This document shows positions 25,237 to 38,160 of a stretch of DNA of 64,000 nt, piece by piece. The stretch lies in assembly GCA_951406725.2 (NCBI GenBank), contig OX597822.1, positions 40,052,001 to 40,116,000 on the forward strand, written 5' to 3'. The translations under genes and the position numbers were made by a program. The stretch's first letter is position 1; each line of letters opens with the position of its first letter. The notes under the pieces are model-generated. The model did not search any database, had not been told where the DNA came from, and saw only the letters and a program-made list of their open reading frames with translations. Source of the DNA: Octopus vulgaris (taxonomy: Eukaryota).

Positions 25237-25659
25237 GCACACGACTGGCATCTTTCAGTTTCCATCTACCAAATCCACTTACAAGGCTTTGGTCGGCCCA
25301 AAGCTATAGTAGAAGACTATAGGTGGGATTGAACCCAGAACCGTGTGGTTGGTTAGCAAGCTCATTATCACACAGCCACTATTCTGCGCCTATTTTTGTC
25401 AGGAAACAAACACAAAAAAAAAGCAAAACATTTTTATTCAAAATATTATTCAGTTGAGTTAAATGTGTTGCAAAGGTTTGCATTATAAATTTCAACTTTA
25501 TTCCATATAAAATTTTTTTTTTCGTTCATTGTTATGTAATTTTGATTGTTGCACTAAATTTATTACAAAAACTTCATGAATTGGGAAAATTTCATTAACC
25601 TCCGTTAACTTTATATAAACTTCGATATTTTACAGTGTTGTAAACTTTTGCAGTCACTG
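23727..25659 (-). mobile_element. Decayed Tc1-family (IR/DR-type) transposon with a nested SINE B (24955-25392)
   Basis: Ends cagtggcccacaaaagttgacaacac / gtgttgtaaacttttgcagtcactg, ~200-bp degenerate inverted repeats, internal transposase remnant. Confidence 0.85.
23905..24835 (-). pseudogene. Tc1-like transposase pseudogene
   Basis: MDKNKHISQDLR...YKNISVQLNVPLNSVSTII resembles the Sleeping Beauty N-terminus; VVWSAETKI, VMVWACF and LEWPGQSSNLNLIEKLW are decayed DDE motifs; frameshifted. Confidence 0.85.
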
Positions 25660-26947
<1,288 letters not shown>

Positions 26948-27035
26948 TGACGGTTGAACTCGAAGTAGATAAAGCTTGAAATAATAGCATGATAACGTGT
27001 AATTATTGGATTAAAAGCCCTTATGGAGAGAAAAT

Positions 27036-27113
27036 GTCGAAGGTTGCCTGTGGTAGATCGTCTGTCATGACTACAAAAGACGTGAGCTCAAGTCCCACGG
27101 GCAGTCTCCGACC
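27036..27113 (+). other. Degenerate tRNA-like/SINE-head hairpin
   Basis: ggttgcctgtgg pairs with ccacgggcagtc; gtgagctcaagtcccac is a T-arm/B-box-like motif; not a functional tRNA. Confidence 0.4.
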
Positions 27114-27897
27114 TTTTTGTATCCGAAATGGGGTTTTGACCCAGTATTTAAACACTACCATTTATAACTGCATCTTCGAGTTCAACCACTGTAAAGAAAT
27201 TATTTCACGTTCTCTAAAAGTTTCACATTTGAGTAGATACTTTCTTGGAAACAACTCCACTTTTTTTTTAAAGAAACAGACATCTATTATTTCATGTTTC
27301 TATATGATGATATAATTGAATAGTCTTCCGTCTCTTTCTTAAAGTTGAAATACTAATTTGTGAAAATATTAATTAACATAGACCCTTATTAAACGAACAT
27401 AAGCGACATAAGACGAGGAAACTGTAAGTTGCGTCCATTGTCTTGGAAATATCATAAGTAATAGGACTATGTAAAATTAATCCGACCTGGATCTATCACA
27501 CACGGTCTGAATGTGGATTGAAAACAAAACCCTCTTTAAATTTTGATAAGCTAAACGTTTACGAAACCGGTCCCGCCAAGTAAAATATGGTTTTCGTTTA
27601 CCGCAGAATCTTTTCTAGACAATATGCACTATGGGCGGACTTGCTGAATGGTTGTCCCATAAAAATTGGAATTCCTCGATTTTGATCGAGATGTTTCCAT
27701 CTTTTATTTATTTATTTACTTGGTTTTTTTCGTATAACACATTAAAAAAATTTTTTTTTTCGTCTTTAAATCTGTGTTTTTAAAACGTCTGCTCGCAGCT
27801 TCATCTTTGCTTTGGAACAGCAACTACCACTAAAATGTTACTTTTTGTTTTTTGTTATTTTTCATTTTATCGTATTTTACATTTTGAACCTCTCGTA

Positions 27898-27931
<34 letters not shown>

Positions 27932-28379
27932 TAAATTCCTAAGATTTCCGATTAGAATTTTGAAAAAGGCATCTGTAACATAATTTCATTCTTTTAAAAT
28001 GTAGAAAAGAATATTTTTAATTGGAAAAACCTATAATGGGACCAAAATTATCTCTTGTATTCCTTCTATCATAGTAACAGTTTGTTGCAACCTCTTCGTC
28101 GTATGTAAACAGTATATTTTTGTTTTTGTCTTATGAGGTAGAGGGGGAAAAATGGTACCTAAGTTAAATTTTCAAATTACGTCAACGTAAATAAGGTCAG
28201 TGTTAATATTATTTTGCATTTCTCTTAATTTAATTTTTATGATGTTTAGAAAAAGTTTTACGGAATAGTAAAAAGATTATTAAAAAAGTTGAAAAATGAT
28301 GAAACGTAAAAGCATAAGCGAAAAAATCATTTTAACCGTCGAGAGTACGATGGATGAGGAGGGCTTAAGAATTTTTAAA

Positions 28380-28625
28380 TGCGAATTACAAATCGATGCT
28401 ATTTCACAAAAGTGTCGTAGTTCCAAGACGTTTTTTCAGAAAACGAAAAAATAATTTCAGCAAAATCGTTGTACTACATTTGTACTACATTTTGGCAATT
28501 TTCATATCATGGCATCTGAATCAGTTGGAGATACAATAGTTTGACCCAAGGAACTGGGTAGTGTAAGCAAAAATATTGAAAAGAAAAAGACGCATTTGGC
28601 CAAATTTGGACACACGACAGTTTGA
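28380..28625. mobile_element. Unclassified dispersed repeat (second copy inverted at 40182-40400)
   Basis: Reverse-complement similarity, e.g. ggcatctgaatcagttggagata vs tatctccagctgcttcagatgcc. Confidence 0.55.
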
Positions 28626-28877
28626 TATAATAGCAAGGAAGTGTTTCTGAATATGGAATACAACAAAAAGACGAAAAAAAAACATGAAAAAACAAATATT
28701 TTAGTGGTAGGGATTGTTCCGAAGAATGATGGAGAGGGGTGGATGTTTTAATTTTTTTTTATAAAGGCTTCATCTCACAATTGTTTCGAAACGTGATACG
28801 AAAAAATTTGGAAAAATTTCTGTTGGAAAGCTATTCCTTAAGTCCACCACATCATGCACTAATATTTTTTCCGTAAT

Positions 28878-29700
28878 GGCAGCGAGCTGGCAGAAACGTT
28901 AGCACGCCGGGCGAAATGCATAGCGGTATTTCGTCTGTCTTTTATGTTCTGAGTTCAAATTCCGCCGAGGTCGACTTTGCCTTTTATCCTTTCCGGGGTC
29001 GATAAATTAAGTACTAGTTGCATACTGGGGTCGATCTAATCGACTGGCCCCATCCACCAAAATTTCAGGTCTTTTGCTTAGAGTAGAAAAAGTTATTCTA
29101 AAGCGATGAGCTGGCAGTCATTAACACGCCGGGCGAAATGCTTAGCGGAATTTCAGCTGTCTTTACGTTCTGAGTTCAAATTCCGCCGAGGTCGACTTTC
29201 TTTCATCCTTTCAGGGTCGATAAATAACGTACCAGTTGCATACTGAGGTCGATCTAATCGACTGGCTCCCTCCCCCCAAATTTCAGGCCTTGTGCTTAGA
29301 ACAGAAAACAATATTTATTCCTTGAAACTTTTTCTTTTTACGAATATTATTCAGTTTTCTTTTTGTCATTTTTTTGTTTTTGTATGCGTGTCGTGTGGAA
29401 AATATACACTAATATCTTTTTTAATAAAACTGTAAAATATTTATGTGAAAACATTTCTGTAATTATTTTTTGCCCCCTATTTCGAAATATATAACAGTAA
29501 TATTTACGTCCTATGTAAGGCGGCAAGCTGGCAGAATTCTTAGCTTGCCTGGCAAAAAATGCTTAACGGCATTTCGTCCATCTTTACGTTCTGAGCTTAA
29601 ATTCCATCGAGGTCGACATAGCCTTTCATCATTTCGGGATCGATGAAATAAGTACCAGTTGTGCACCAAGGTCGGTGTAATCAAGTTACCTATCCCACCA
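28878..29700 (+). mobile_element. Three SINE A copies (28878-29090, 29101-29305, 29518-29700)
   Basis: Match to family A. Confidence 0.85.
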
Positions 29701-29824
29701 AATCGCCAAAACATTCAAACCGATATTTACGTACAACGTTAAAAAAAAAAGCTAGTTTTATACAAATATTTATATGTATAAAATTTACCGCATTTTCAAG
29801 CCTTATGTTTTACACGCACGCATG

Positions 29825-29888
<64 letters not shown>

Positions 29889-29905
29889 CACACACACACA
29901 CACAC

Positions 29906-29947
<42 letters not shown>

Positions 29948-31078
29948 TGTGTGTGTGCATTGTATTTGTTCAAGAGGAGCAAACTATAGAAGTCACCTTT
30001 AGCTATATTATAATATCAGGCTGCATAGAAAGTTCAGCCCAATTTTTAGAATTTATTTAAAAGTTCAAACACGATATTTAATATAGCAAATTGAATCAGC
30101 TGTGTAATTTCCTTCATTTTCTATCACTTCTCTCTCTTTGTGAGTTTTGAATGCCTGATTTGAAAATTTCGTTGGGTTTTGAAATAAAATACATATCATC
30201 CAATTCCTTTTCTATAGCTTCCCCGTTGGCCACGTTTTGCTTGCCTAAATGGTTTTACAACGATCTTTAGATAAGTAGAAATCTAATGGAACTAAGTTTT
30301 AGTTTAAAGCGTGTAAACATTTTTCTCATTCGAATGATTCCAGAGTATTTTTAGTGATTTGTGCTGTGTGAAGGCGGGCATTATCTTGGTGCATGACAAC
30401 CCCACCTGGAGTTTATTAGGGCAGGGCGTTGCCTTCCAAATCATTCTTCAAACGGTGAAGCTGCTGGCAGTAGACTTGAGAAGTGATTGTTTGATTCGGC
30501 TCTAAATGCTCATAATAATTCCTTCCATATCCCATAAAACACTCAATGAAAGTTTCTTTGGATTAAGTATCCCCCGCCCTGCATGAATATGGTACAGGAT
30601 TTTGATCTGAGTTTAGTCACTCTTTGTGGTACCTAACATTGCTGTGAAAACTACTTGGAGGTTGTGTGTCTGTGAAGCTATTCAGAGCAGTCAAGCCTTT
30701 GTTCGCAACTTTCTGCTAAAGGAGCATGAGGAACAAAGTTTCCCAAAGCTGGAACCTTCTCCACTTTCTTTAAATGATTATGAATAGTTATAATACAAAG
30801 CTTAAATTCTGTGGAAAGCTTTCTCATTATTACAATCATTCAATGTAAGTGTTGCCGCTAGCATTTTCTTACATAATTCAGAAGGATATCCTGATCTAGA
30901 CTCACCAAGTAAATAGAAATTGCCACGTCTGAAATTTCCAGATCACATTAATTCTGTGGGCTCTTTCATTCACTACACCTTCACCAGAAGCCTTTTGAAC
31001 ATTTTTGGTTGCCTCATCTGAGTTAGACTTTGAGCTCTTTGCTTGGCTTCATGCTGGGTTCCTTATATAGAAGCATTA

Positions 31079-31395
31079 GTGAAGGCATGTGGCTTAGCAG
31101 TTAGGGTATACGGTTCACAATCGTTAGGTTGTGAGTTCGATTCCCGGTGGAGCGTTGTGTCCTTGAGCAAGACATTTTATTTTACCTTACTCCAGTCCAC
31201 TCAGCTGGCAAAAATGACTGGTACCACCGATTTCAAAGGGCCAGCCTTGTCACATTCTGTGTTATGCTGAATCTCCCCGAGATTAAGGGTTTGCATATCT
31301 GTGGAGTGCTCAGCCACTTGCACGTTAATTTCACGATCAAGCTGCTCCGTTATCAGATCATCGGGAACAGTCGTCGTTGAACCCAATGAAGTACC
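31079..31395 (+). mobile_element. SINE family C, head 1 + tail ii
   Basis: tggcttagcagttagg...gagttcgattccc, gtgtccttgagcaagaca, tail ii. Confidence 0.8.
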
Positions 31396-31413
31396 AGTAT
31401 GCATAAACATTAA

Positions 31414-31732
31414 CCCATAAAGCGCTACGATTTACAATTACATAACATGGACAGCTGAGCACATTTTACGCAAATGAGACTACTATGCACACATAAAAAA
31501 CAAAAAAAAATAAAGATATCTTCTTAGTATATAATAGTGGCGAGTTTTACATCATTTGGAAAGTCATTAGTTGAACTATTAGTCCTCTTGTATTCTGGCG
31601 GGCATCGGAGCCTTTGAATGACATTAGACCCCAACAACAACCCCTCATAAATTAAACACATCTATCTGTCACGATCGTGGCCTGTCGACCTGTGCCTGAC
31701 GGCCACGATCGTGGCCCGACGCGCTTTATGCG
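31414..31732. mobile_element. piggyBac-like MITE
   Basis: TTAA|cccataaagcgc ... gcgctttatgcg|TTAA; subterminal palindrome cacgatcgtgg occurs twice. Confidence 0.7.
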
Positions 31733-32264
31733 TTAATATACTAAGATATAGTTGTTGCCCTTCGAGAACTCCTCACGTTGTGATTAGGCATTAATTAATG
31801 AAGTCATTCTTATTATTATTAGTTTTTACAATGAACAGGATTCAACAGGTTCAATACTCATAATCGGGCAGAACTTTCAAATCAACCTGAAATAATAGAA
31901 TGTTTTTAACCTTTACAGGAGACGTAGCTTTTGGTCCCATGGGCAGCCTTCGATATTTTCTAGGGTTTCTTAACCCAGTATGTGCATGATATTATTGGTA
32001 GTTTTATCTCCTTCAGGATCCATCGTTCCAAATTATTTCACGTTCTCAGGGTTTCCATGTTCTTAATACATCGTGTGTGTGTGTGTGTGTGTGTGTGAGT
32101 GTGAGTGAGAGAGAGAGAGAGAGGGGGGAAAGAGGATTTGGTTCACTGGGGATCTAAACAAATACGCACGATGTGTAAGTGCTATAAATGGTCATCCGTT
32201 AGGTTCCGAGTTCACAGCTGAAACTGGAGCTAGGGATCCGTAGTAGGCTTCTGAGCTAGCAGGC

Positions 32265-33004
32265 ATATATTAGATGAAAAAGGACCACAAAGACCAAGGC
32301 AGGGTGAGTATCTCAAGACATTCCGAATATTTAATTAGAGTAAGATTAATTTGAAGTAATTAATTATTGGATGTCTTACAGCTGTTTGTGGGATATCTCA
32401 AGTGATAAGTTAGCATCTCCATACACTCGGTATTGTCACCAGAGATAAGGTATATACGTATGAAAGTTCTAGACAAGGAATTCACAGCTTATAAAGAGCA
32501 AAACAGTATGCAGAAGAATACAGGGAGGAGAATAAAGTTTGCAGCTCATCTTTTTCCAGAGGGTATGGAGGTTTATCCTTCCGTGAAGGTATAGGTCTTT
32601 AAGCATAATCTTAGGATTAACCTGGGGTTATACTTAAAGACCTATACCTTCACGGAAGTAAGGACCAACCTCCATACGCTCTGGAAAAAGATGAGCTGTG
32701 AACTTTATTTTCCTCTCTGTATTCTTCTATCTACTGTTTTGCTCTTTATTCTTTCTACTAATTTATTCCTTATAAGCTGTGAATTCCCTGTCTAGAACTT
32801 TCATACATACTTACCTCGTCTCTAATGACGGAATATTCAGTGTATGGAGATGCTAACATATCACTTGGGATATCCCAGAAACAGCTGTAAGATACCCAAT
32901 AATTAACTACTTCAAATTTACCTTACACTAATTAAATATTCCAAGTGACTTGAGATACTCGTCCTACCTTAGTCTTTGCTGTCCTTTTCCCTCTAATATA
33001 TATA
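32265..33004. mobile_element. ~740-bp foldback palindrome, Penelope-like inverted pLTRs with degenerate HHRs
   Basis: Arms 32265-32608 and 32628-33004 are imperfect reverse complements; HHR-like motifs at 32373-32446 (minus) and 32818-32893 (plus). Confidence 0.75.
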
Positions 33005-33139
33005 TGACGGTAATAGTAATCTTAAGATACTATATTATGGATATAGGGATTATTGTGTTTAATGTATCGGTTATTTTTTTACTTAAATGCTTTTGTAACA
33101 TTACTTTAACAATATTTACATTATTTACATTATTTGTTA

Positions 33140-33210
33140 GCTGATATACCCTCCAGCCTTCATCAGGTGTCTTGGGAAAATTTCGAACCTGGGTTCTCAT
33201 TCCTAAGGTA
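33140..33210 (-). mobile_element. Penelope-like fragment with the 5' half of an HHR
   Basis: Minus strand gacac-CTGATGA-aggctg(gagggtatat)cagc; GAAA part absent. Confidence 0.5.
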
Positions 33211-33689
33211 TTTTTCGAACTTCTGCTGACTCTTTCGCCACAACTTTCTCTCACTCTTTCCTCCTACATATTGCAGCTCACCTGCGACGGACCGGCGTCC
33301 CGTCCAGTTAGGGAACCTATACGCCAAGGAAACCGGCCCTATGAGCCAGGCGTGGCTCGAGAAGGAACAAACAACAACAAATGTTCAACGGGAGAAGGAC
33401 TTGGTGTAGTAGTTAGTACAAATTCCAAGGGATAGACTTCAATAAAGATGACGGGGAAAAGAAATACTGAGTTGGCCGAGAGCTTCTGAATGGAGGTGGT
33501 ACAAGACCAGCCAACTCTGTATTCGGCAGCTATGTCTCGACCATAAACAGAAACAATATTCTAGACAGCTACGAGTAACTGACCCCCTACAATTTCAACA
33601 TGGTTTCTTATTCTATCAATCTAATGGATCTCAGAATCTATTCCGCCATCTTTACACGTTTTGTTACCCAAGTCACGTGCTATTAGTTA

Positions 33690-34505
33690 TCTTTTCCAGA
33701 CCTGTGCATCCAGCTTGCAATGTATTTGAGATTTGACAGCAAATTGCTTGATATTGTCATTATTAAATTGTATGGTGTTTTATCTTGCAGTCCACTTACA
33801 TATATCATATTGAGATGTTTCTGAAAGTATTTGACCTCATTGAGCTTCTTGTTTGTCATGGACATTATCAGGTATCGATCGTGAAATTTGCTCTTCGTGT
33901 AACAGATATTTTTGAGACAGTAGCTACGAAGTGTAATTCCTCCGAAAGAGTTTCCCAAAATATTCCACACAGAATCAGTGTATCTTTTGAGAAAGTCCCA
34001 TTAGCTGCAGTATTTTAACGTTTGTCGTTTTAAAACTCACACAACTACATAACTTGTTTCTCGCTATGTAGATAACTTGTAATTTGAAAATTTAATTCCA
34101 TGTTTAAATATATGGAAGCATGTCGCAAAGCTGAGATATATCACATCAACATTTGAACAGAGGGGAAATTCGTTACCAAGCCGTAGTTCTATTTGAAGAA
34201 TCTTCTAGCCAGACAGTTAGAAACCATGGTGAGTCTCAGCAAGTAATTTTCCTCTCAGAAATTAACTTCCATCTGACAATTCATGTCACGACTTTTTTAA
34301 TAAATGACGCCAGCGAGTGAAAGAGAGGCTTGTAAATTTTAGCACCTGCTCGACTTTTTCTCATGTCTATAAAAGGTATGCCTTCTTTTAAATTTTTGAG
34401 AAGCGTTTTGTAAAATATCTGAAGTGGTTCTGCTTGAGACATTTTGTATGTTTTCAAGAAAATTGTCGGAAACCAATCATAGCCTTTGGCTAAGTTTAGG
34501 TACAT
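33690..34505 (-). pseudogene. Decayed CR1-clade LINE reverse transcriptase
   Basis: AKGYDWFPTIFLK (like GPDGFPAILLK), KIYKPL and NVDVIYLSFATCF (like DVIYLDFAKAF); many stops. Confidence 0.7.
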
Positions 34506-34544
34506 TTATTTAGGACTATTGTTACATTGTCTTCCTTTCATCAT

Positions 34545-35520
34545 CGTTGTCATAATCATCTTCATTATTCAGTGTCACCTGCTCTCAGCAGGGAGATTGA
34601 ATATCGAGGGTCTTCATTCGGGTCATTTCTGTGCCATTCTTACATACCTTAAATCATCGAATATAATGCGCACTTTTTTCCCCAAAATTTAAAGGTCAAA
34701 ATACCTAGTGCGTATTATACATGAGGTTAAAAATGAAAATTATTTTCTAAGCAATGTTCAAGTCTCTATTTGCTGTCCGGCAATGTTTATTCAGACGCAT
34801 TTTGTAATGTCGGGCGCAAAAATACCTTAAGCTAAGCCTGAAAGCAATGAAGTCATAAAAGAATCATCCATAACTTGCAGTAAGCAACATTTATTAAACG
34901 TTATTACTGTTATTTCTTTACTTTCTGCAAACAAAATGCACAAAGCTATACGTTTGCATTATGTTATATATACAATAATAATAAAGGACGTTACCGTATA
35001 CAGTTTTACAAACCAAGGACGTTTATATAGACCTCCTTTGACTCAAGTTAGAGAAAGGGTGCGTATTATACACAAGGTTTAGGTTTTTCAGAGGTACAGC
35101 TCCCTAAAAATCCCCCTGCGTATTATACTCAAGGGCGGATTACACTCGAGGATTTACGGTATTCACCAAATGATAGTTTAGTCCTTGATGTCAGCAACCA
35201 AGGGCCTTCTTGGTCTTCCTCGAGAGCGTTTATCATTTATCTTTCTAGCTCGCAATAGCCACTGTCTACCTTGTATTCAAATAAAACTACGTGACCAATG
35301 CCCGTTCTTTTCCTCTTTTTGCTGTACTCGAAAGTAAGGAACATATTGTATTTGCTAGTTGTAGCACTTTTTCATTAGTTTTACATTTTATCCAAGATAT
35401 TTTTAACATCCTTGTATATATCCACATTTCAAAAGCTTCTAGTCCGTCAGAGTTTTCGCCAACATCCACATCTCTGCTCCATGTAATACCATAGATCATA
35501 TGTAATACTTACACAGATTT
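34545..35520 (-). pseudogene. RTE-clade LINE 3' end, split by a Tc2-like MITE
   Basis: LEAFEMWIYTRMLKISW..KTNEKVL, KRSRGRPRR..DIKD; KLSFGEYVRMAQ rejoins across the insertion; (ATG)n-like tail. Confidence 0.8.
34647..35159. mobile_element. TcMar-Tc2/pogo-like MITE
   Basis: TA|ccttaaatcatcgaatataatgcgc ... gcggattacactcgaggatttacgg|TA. Confidence 0.8.
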
Positions 35521-35528
35521 TTCCCTGT

Positions 35529-35580
<52 letters not shown>

Positions 35581-35799
35581 TTCATGTGAAAACCTTTTGA
35601 TAAGTTTCCACATGTTTTCCTTTCGCCTTTATTTCGATGTAAATGACAGTTGCTACTCTCTCATACAGACTAGTAGTGTTGAAAATCACATCTCATTTGT
35701 TTATTTGTATATGTCCCGTCGGAGTAGGTTAAATTTTGAATTGTTTATTCAAAACTCCGTTTCCTGTTTGGCGGGGGGGGGTCGTCTGTAGTCAGTTAT

Positions 35800-36200
35800 C
35801 TACTTTCCTTGGAACAATAGCCCTATTTTGCTATGCAATGACGCGTATTCTTTTACAAATATATAGAAAATTTTAGGGATCGTTTTAGCACTTTCTACTG
35901 TCCTGGTTTTTACTTTCTGGACCTATTTTTAATGGGATTATATTATTTTACTCTCCGTTTATAACAGTATCCTTTGTTAAGTGAGATATTTAGCTGCGCG
36001 TGATTTATTCATTTAAACGTTTTGAGGTCTTTGTTGTTTGTCGCATCAGAATTTTTCTGTCTCTGGGAATTATATTTTTGTCGATGTTGGCCTTTTTCTC
36101 TGGGACAAATTTAATGCATATGGTTTGCATTATTAGCATAAATTGCTTTAGTTCCACGTCATTGTCTTGCAGAGAGGTTCTCGGGCCATTTTTGTATATC
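35800..36200 (-). pseudogene. CR1-like ORF2 linker fragment
   Basis: KFVPEKKANIDKNIIPRDRKILMR resembles the region between endonuclease and RT in CR1-type ORF2; collinear with the 33690-34505 fragment. Confidence 0.5.
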
Positions 36201-37228
36201 TATCTGCCTGCCTGCTAGCATGCATGCATGTATGAAAGTAACGTATGTATATTTGTATTCATGTGTGTGTGTGTTTGTGGGCAATGTATGACAGTGACTT
36301 CGAAGTTTCAACAATATTCTTGTTCAAGAATAATAAATTTGTACTCTACAAAAGTGTACGATAACCTATCAGATTAATGTAAAATTGTTTTTTATTATAA
36401 CTGAACAAAAACCAAACGATATATATATATAATTTTACAACAAGCCTCATGACAGTTACTTCGAACCTGCTATCCTTCGTCGGACTGTACGGTGAGGGCC
36501 AGCAGCACGAAGATTCGAAACCACTGTTACCCTTCTTCTTGTAAAGGTTTAACAAATATGCTCTATCCAAAAAAAGTATCAAGTAATTCTTTGGTTTCAG
36601 TTAAATATTAAATTGTTTTACTATATATTATTTTTTATAATAAATTCGACATAAAGATAATAATGTGTGAAATGTAAATACCAGAGTAGAGAACGGACAA
36701 TTTCAGACTGACGAGCGTTTGCAAGGAGAACAGAATTGCCGAATTGGAAAGAAGGATTTATTCAACTTCTTTGACAGATACGGTAGACAAATAATAATTT
36801 TCACCAGCGAGTTGAAAATAAGTTAACGACAACGGCATGGTGCAGTTTGGTAATGAAAAGCTAGCCAAAATAGTTACGTATAAAAAATACATACATGAAC
36901 AGCAAGTATATTTTCGTATAAACATGTATACGCAAACAACATAAACATGCATACACAGTTCATTGCATTTTCATAAATATGTGTGTGTGTGCACGCGCGT
37001 GTGATCCTTCTGTACGAAATGTAAAGCTGCATGTCTATGAAACGTGGGTATTCAAAGACTGGAAAAAAGTGAAGCAAATATACTCCATTGGATGCACTGT
37101 GTTAGCACACAAGACTGGACTGGCGGCCACATGGTTCCTGGTTCAGTATCACTGCATGGCAATTTGGTCAAGTGTCTTCTTGGTAGTTTGGTAGGCGGAA
37201 TCTGAAAGAAATCCGTCGTGTGTATGTG

Positions 37229-37261
<33 letters not shown>

Positions 37262-37262
<1 letters not shown>

Positions 37263-37520
37263 AAATTTTAAAATAAGATAAAATCTTCATAAAAATTTAT
37301 CAAGTAGTCACCATGAAAAACCTAAGAAAAAATAATCCAATTTTTTTCACTTAAATATATTTATTTATTTTATATAGAGGGCATTTATGTGTAATAATGC
37401 CCTCTATATAATATAAATGAATATATTTAAGCGAAAAAATTCATGGATTTATTTTCTCTTAGGTTTTCCACGCTGACTACTTGATAAATTCTTATGAAGA
37501 TTTTATCCTATTTTAAAATT
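37262..37520. repeat. ~260-bp AT-rich foldback palindrome inside (TA)n
   Basis: Arms meet at tatagagggcattt..aatgccctctata. Confidence 0.8.
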
Positions 37521-37529
37521 ATATATATA

Positions 37530-38160
37530 CAAGCAGTATCACCCGGTGTTGCTTGGGTTTGTTTCGACCCTTTAGAATTGGAATTTTTGAAAAGTAAAAA
37601 TTTTGCATTATGCCACTTATTCTCTTCAAGTGAACATTCTATTTATTTATTATTCTATTTATTCTTTTGTTCATGTAGGAAGGTAATAATATTACTTTTT
37701 CCGTTTTTATTGTCTTCGTTGCCATTTTCCTTGCTATATTTTTGTTTTCAAATTGCACTATTATAGTTCCGAACTCGTTTCCTCTTGCCATGTATATGAT
37801 TTCTTCCTCCTCTCTCCTTAGCACCTCCTCAATATCTTCCAATTTTATTATTTCTACTTTCTTATCTTTTCCATATGTCCGGTATTTTATAATTACATCG
37901 AAAAATGGTGACACAGCAGTCAAAAATCGTAAAAAATAGGGATTTTCATAGAAAAAAAAGCACCTTTTTGATGTAAATAATTTTTGGTGTTAACATGGTC
38001 CGATTTGAATTTTATCTTCTACAGAATGAAGAGTAAGCCTTCTTCTATCATACTCTCAATTTTGGTCAACTTGCGCTGCAGGGTCTCGAAGGAGATAGTG
38101 TTAGTTGAAGGCTACCAAACCTGCCACACACAGACAACTTCAGCTTTATATATATATAGA
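37530..38160 (-). mobile_element. Non-autonomous Helitron
   Basis: Minus-strand 5' A|TCtatatatataaagctg; 3' hairpin cccaagcaacaccggg followed by CTTG|T (CTAG-like); further similar 5' ends at ~38246 and ~38642. Confidence 0.65.

Larger units (their letters stand above)
30016..31890 (-). mobile_element. Decayed mariner transposon with nested SINE C and piggyBac-like MITE
   Basis: TIRs tcaggctgcatagaaagttcagccc / gggcagaactttcaaatcaacctga; minus-strand motifs PKKLSLSVLWDMEGII, LEPNQTITSQVYCQQLHRL and HQDNARLHTA. Confidence 0.8.
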
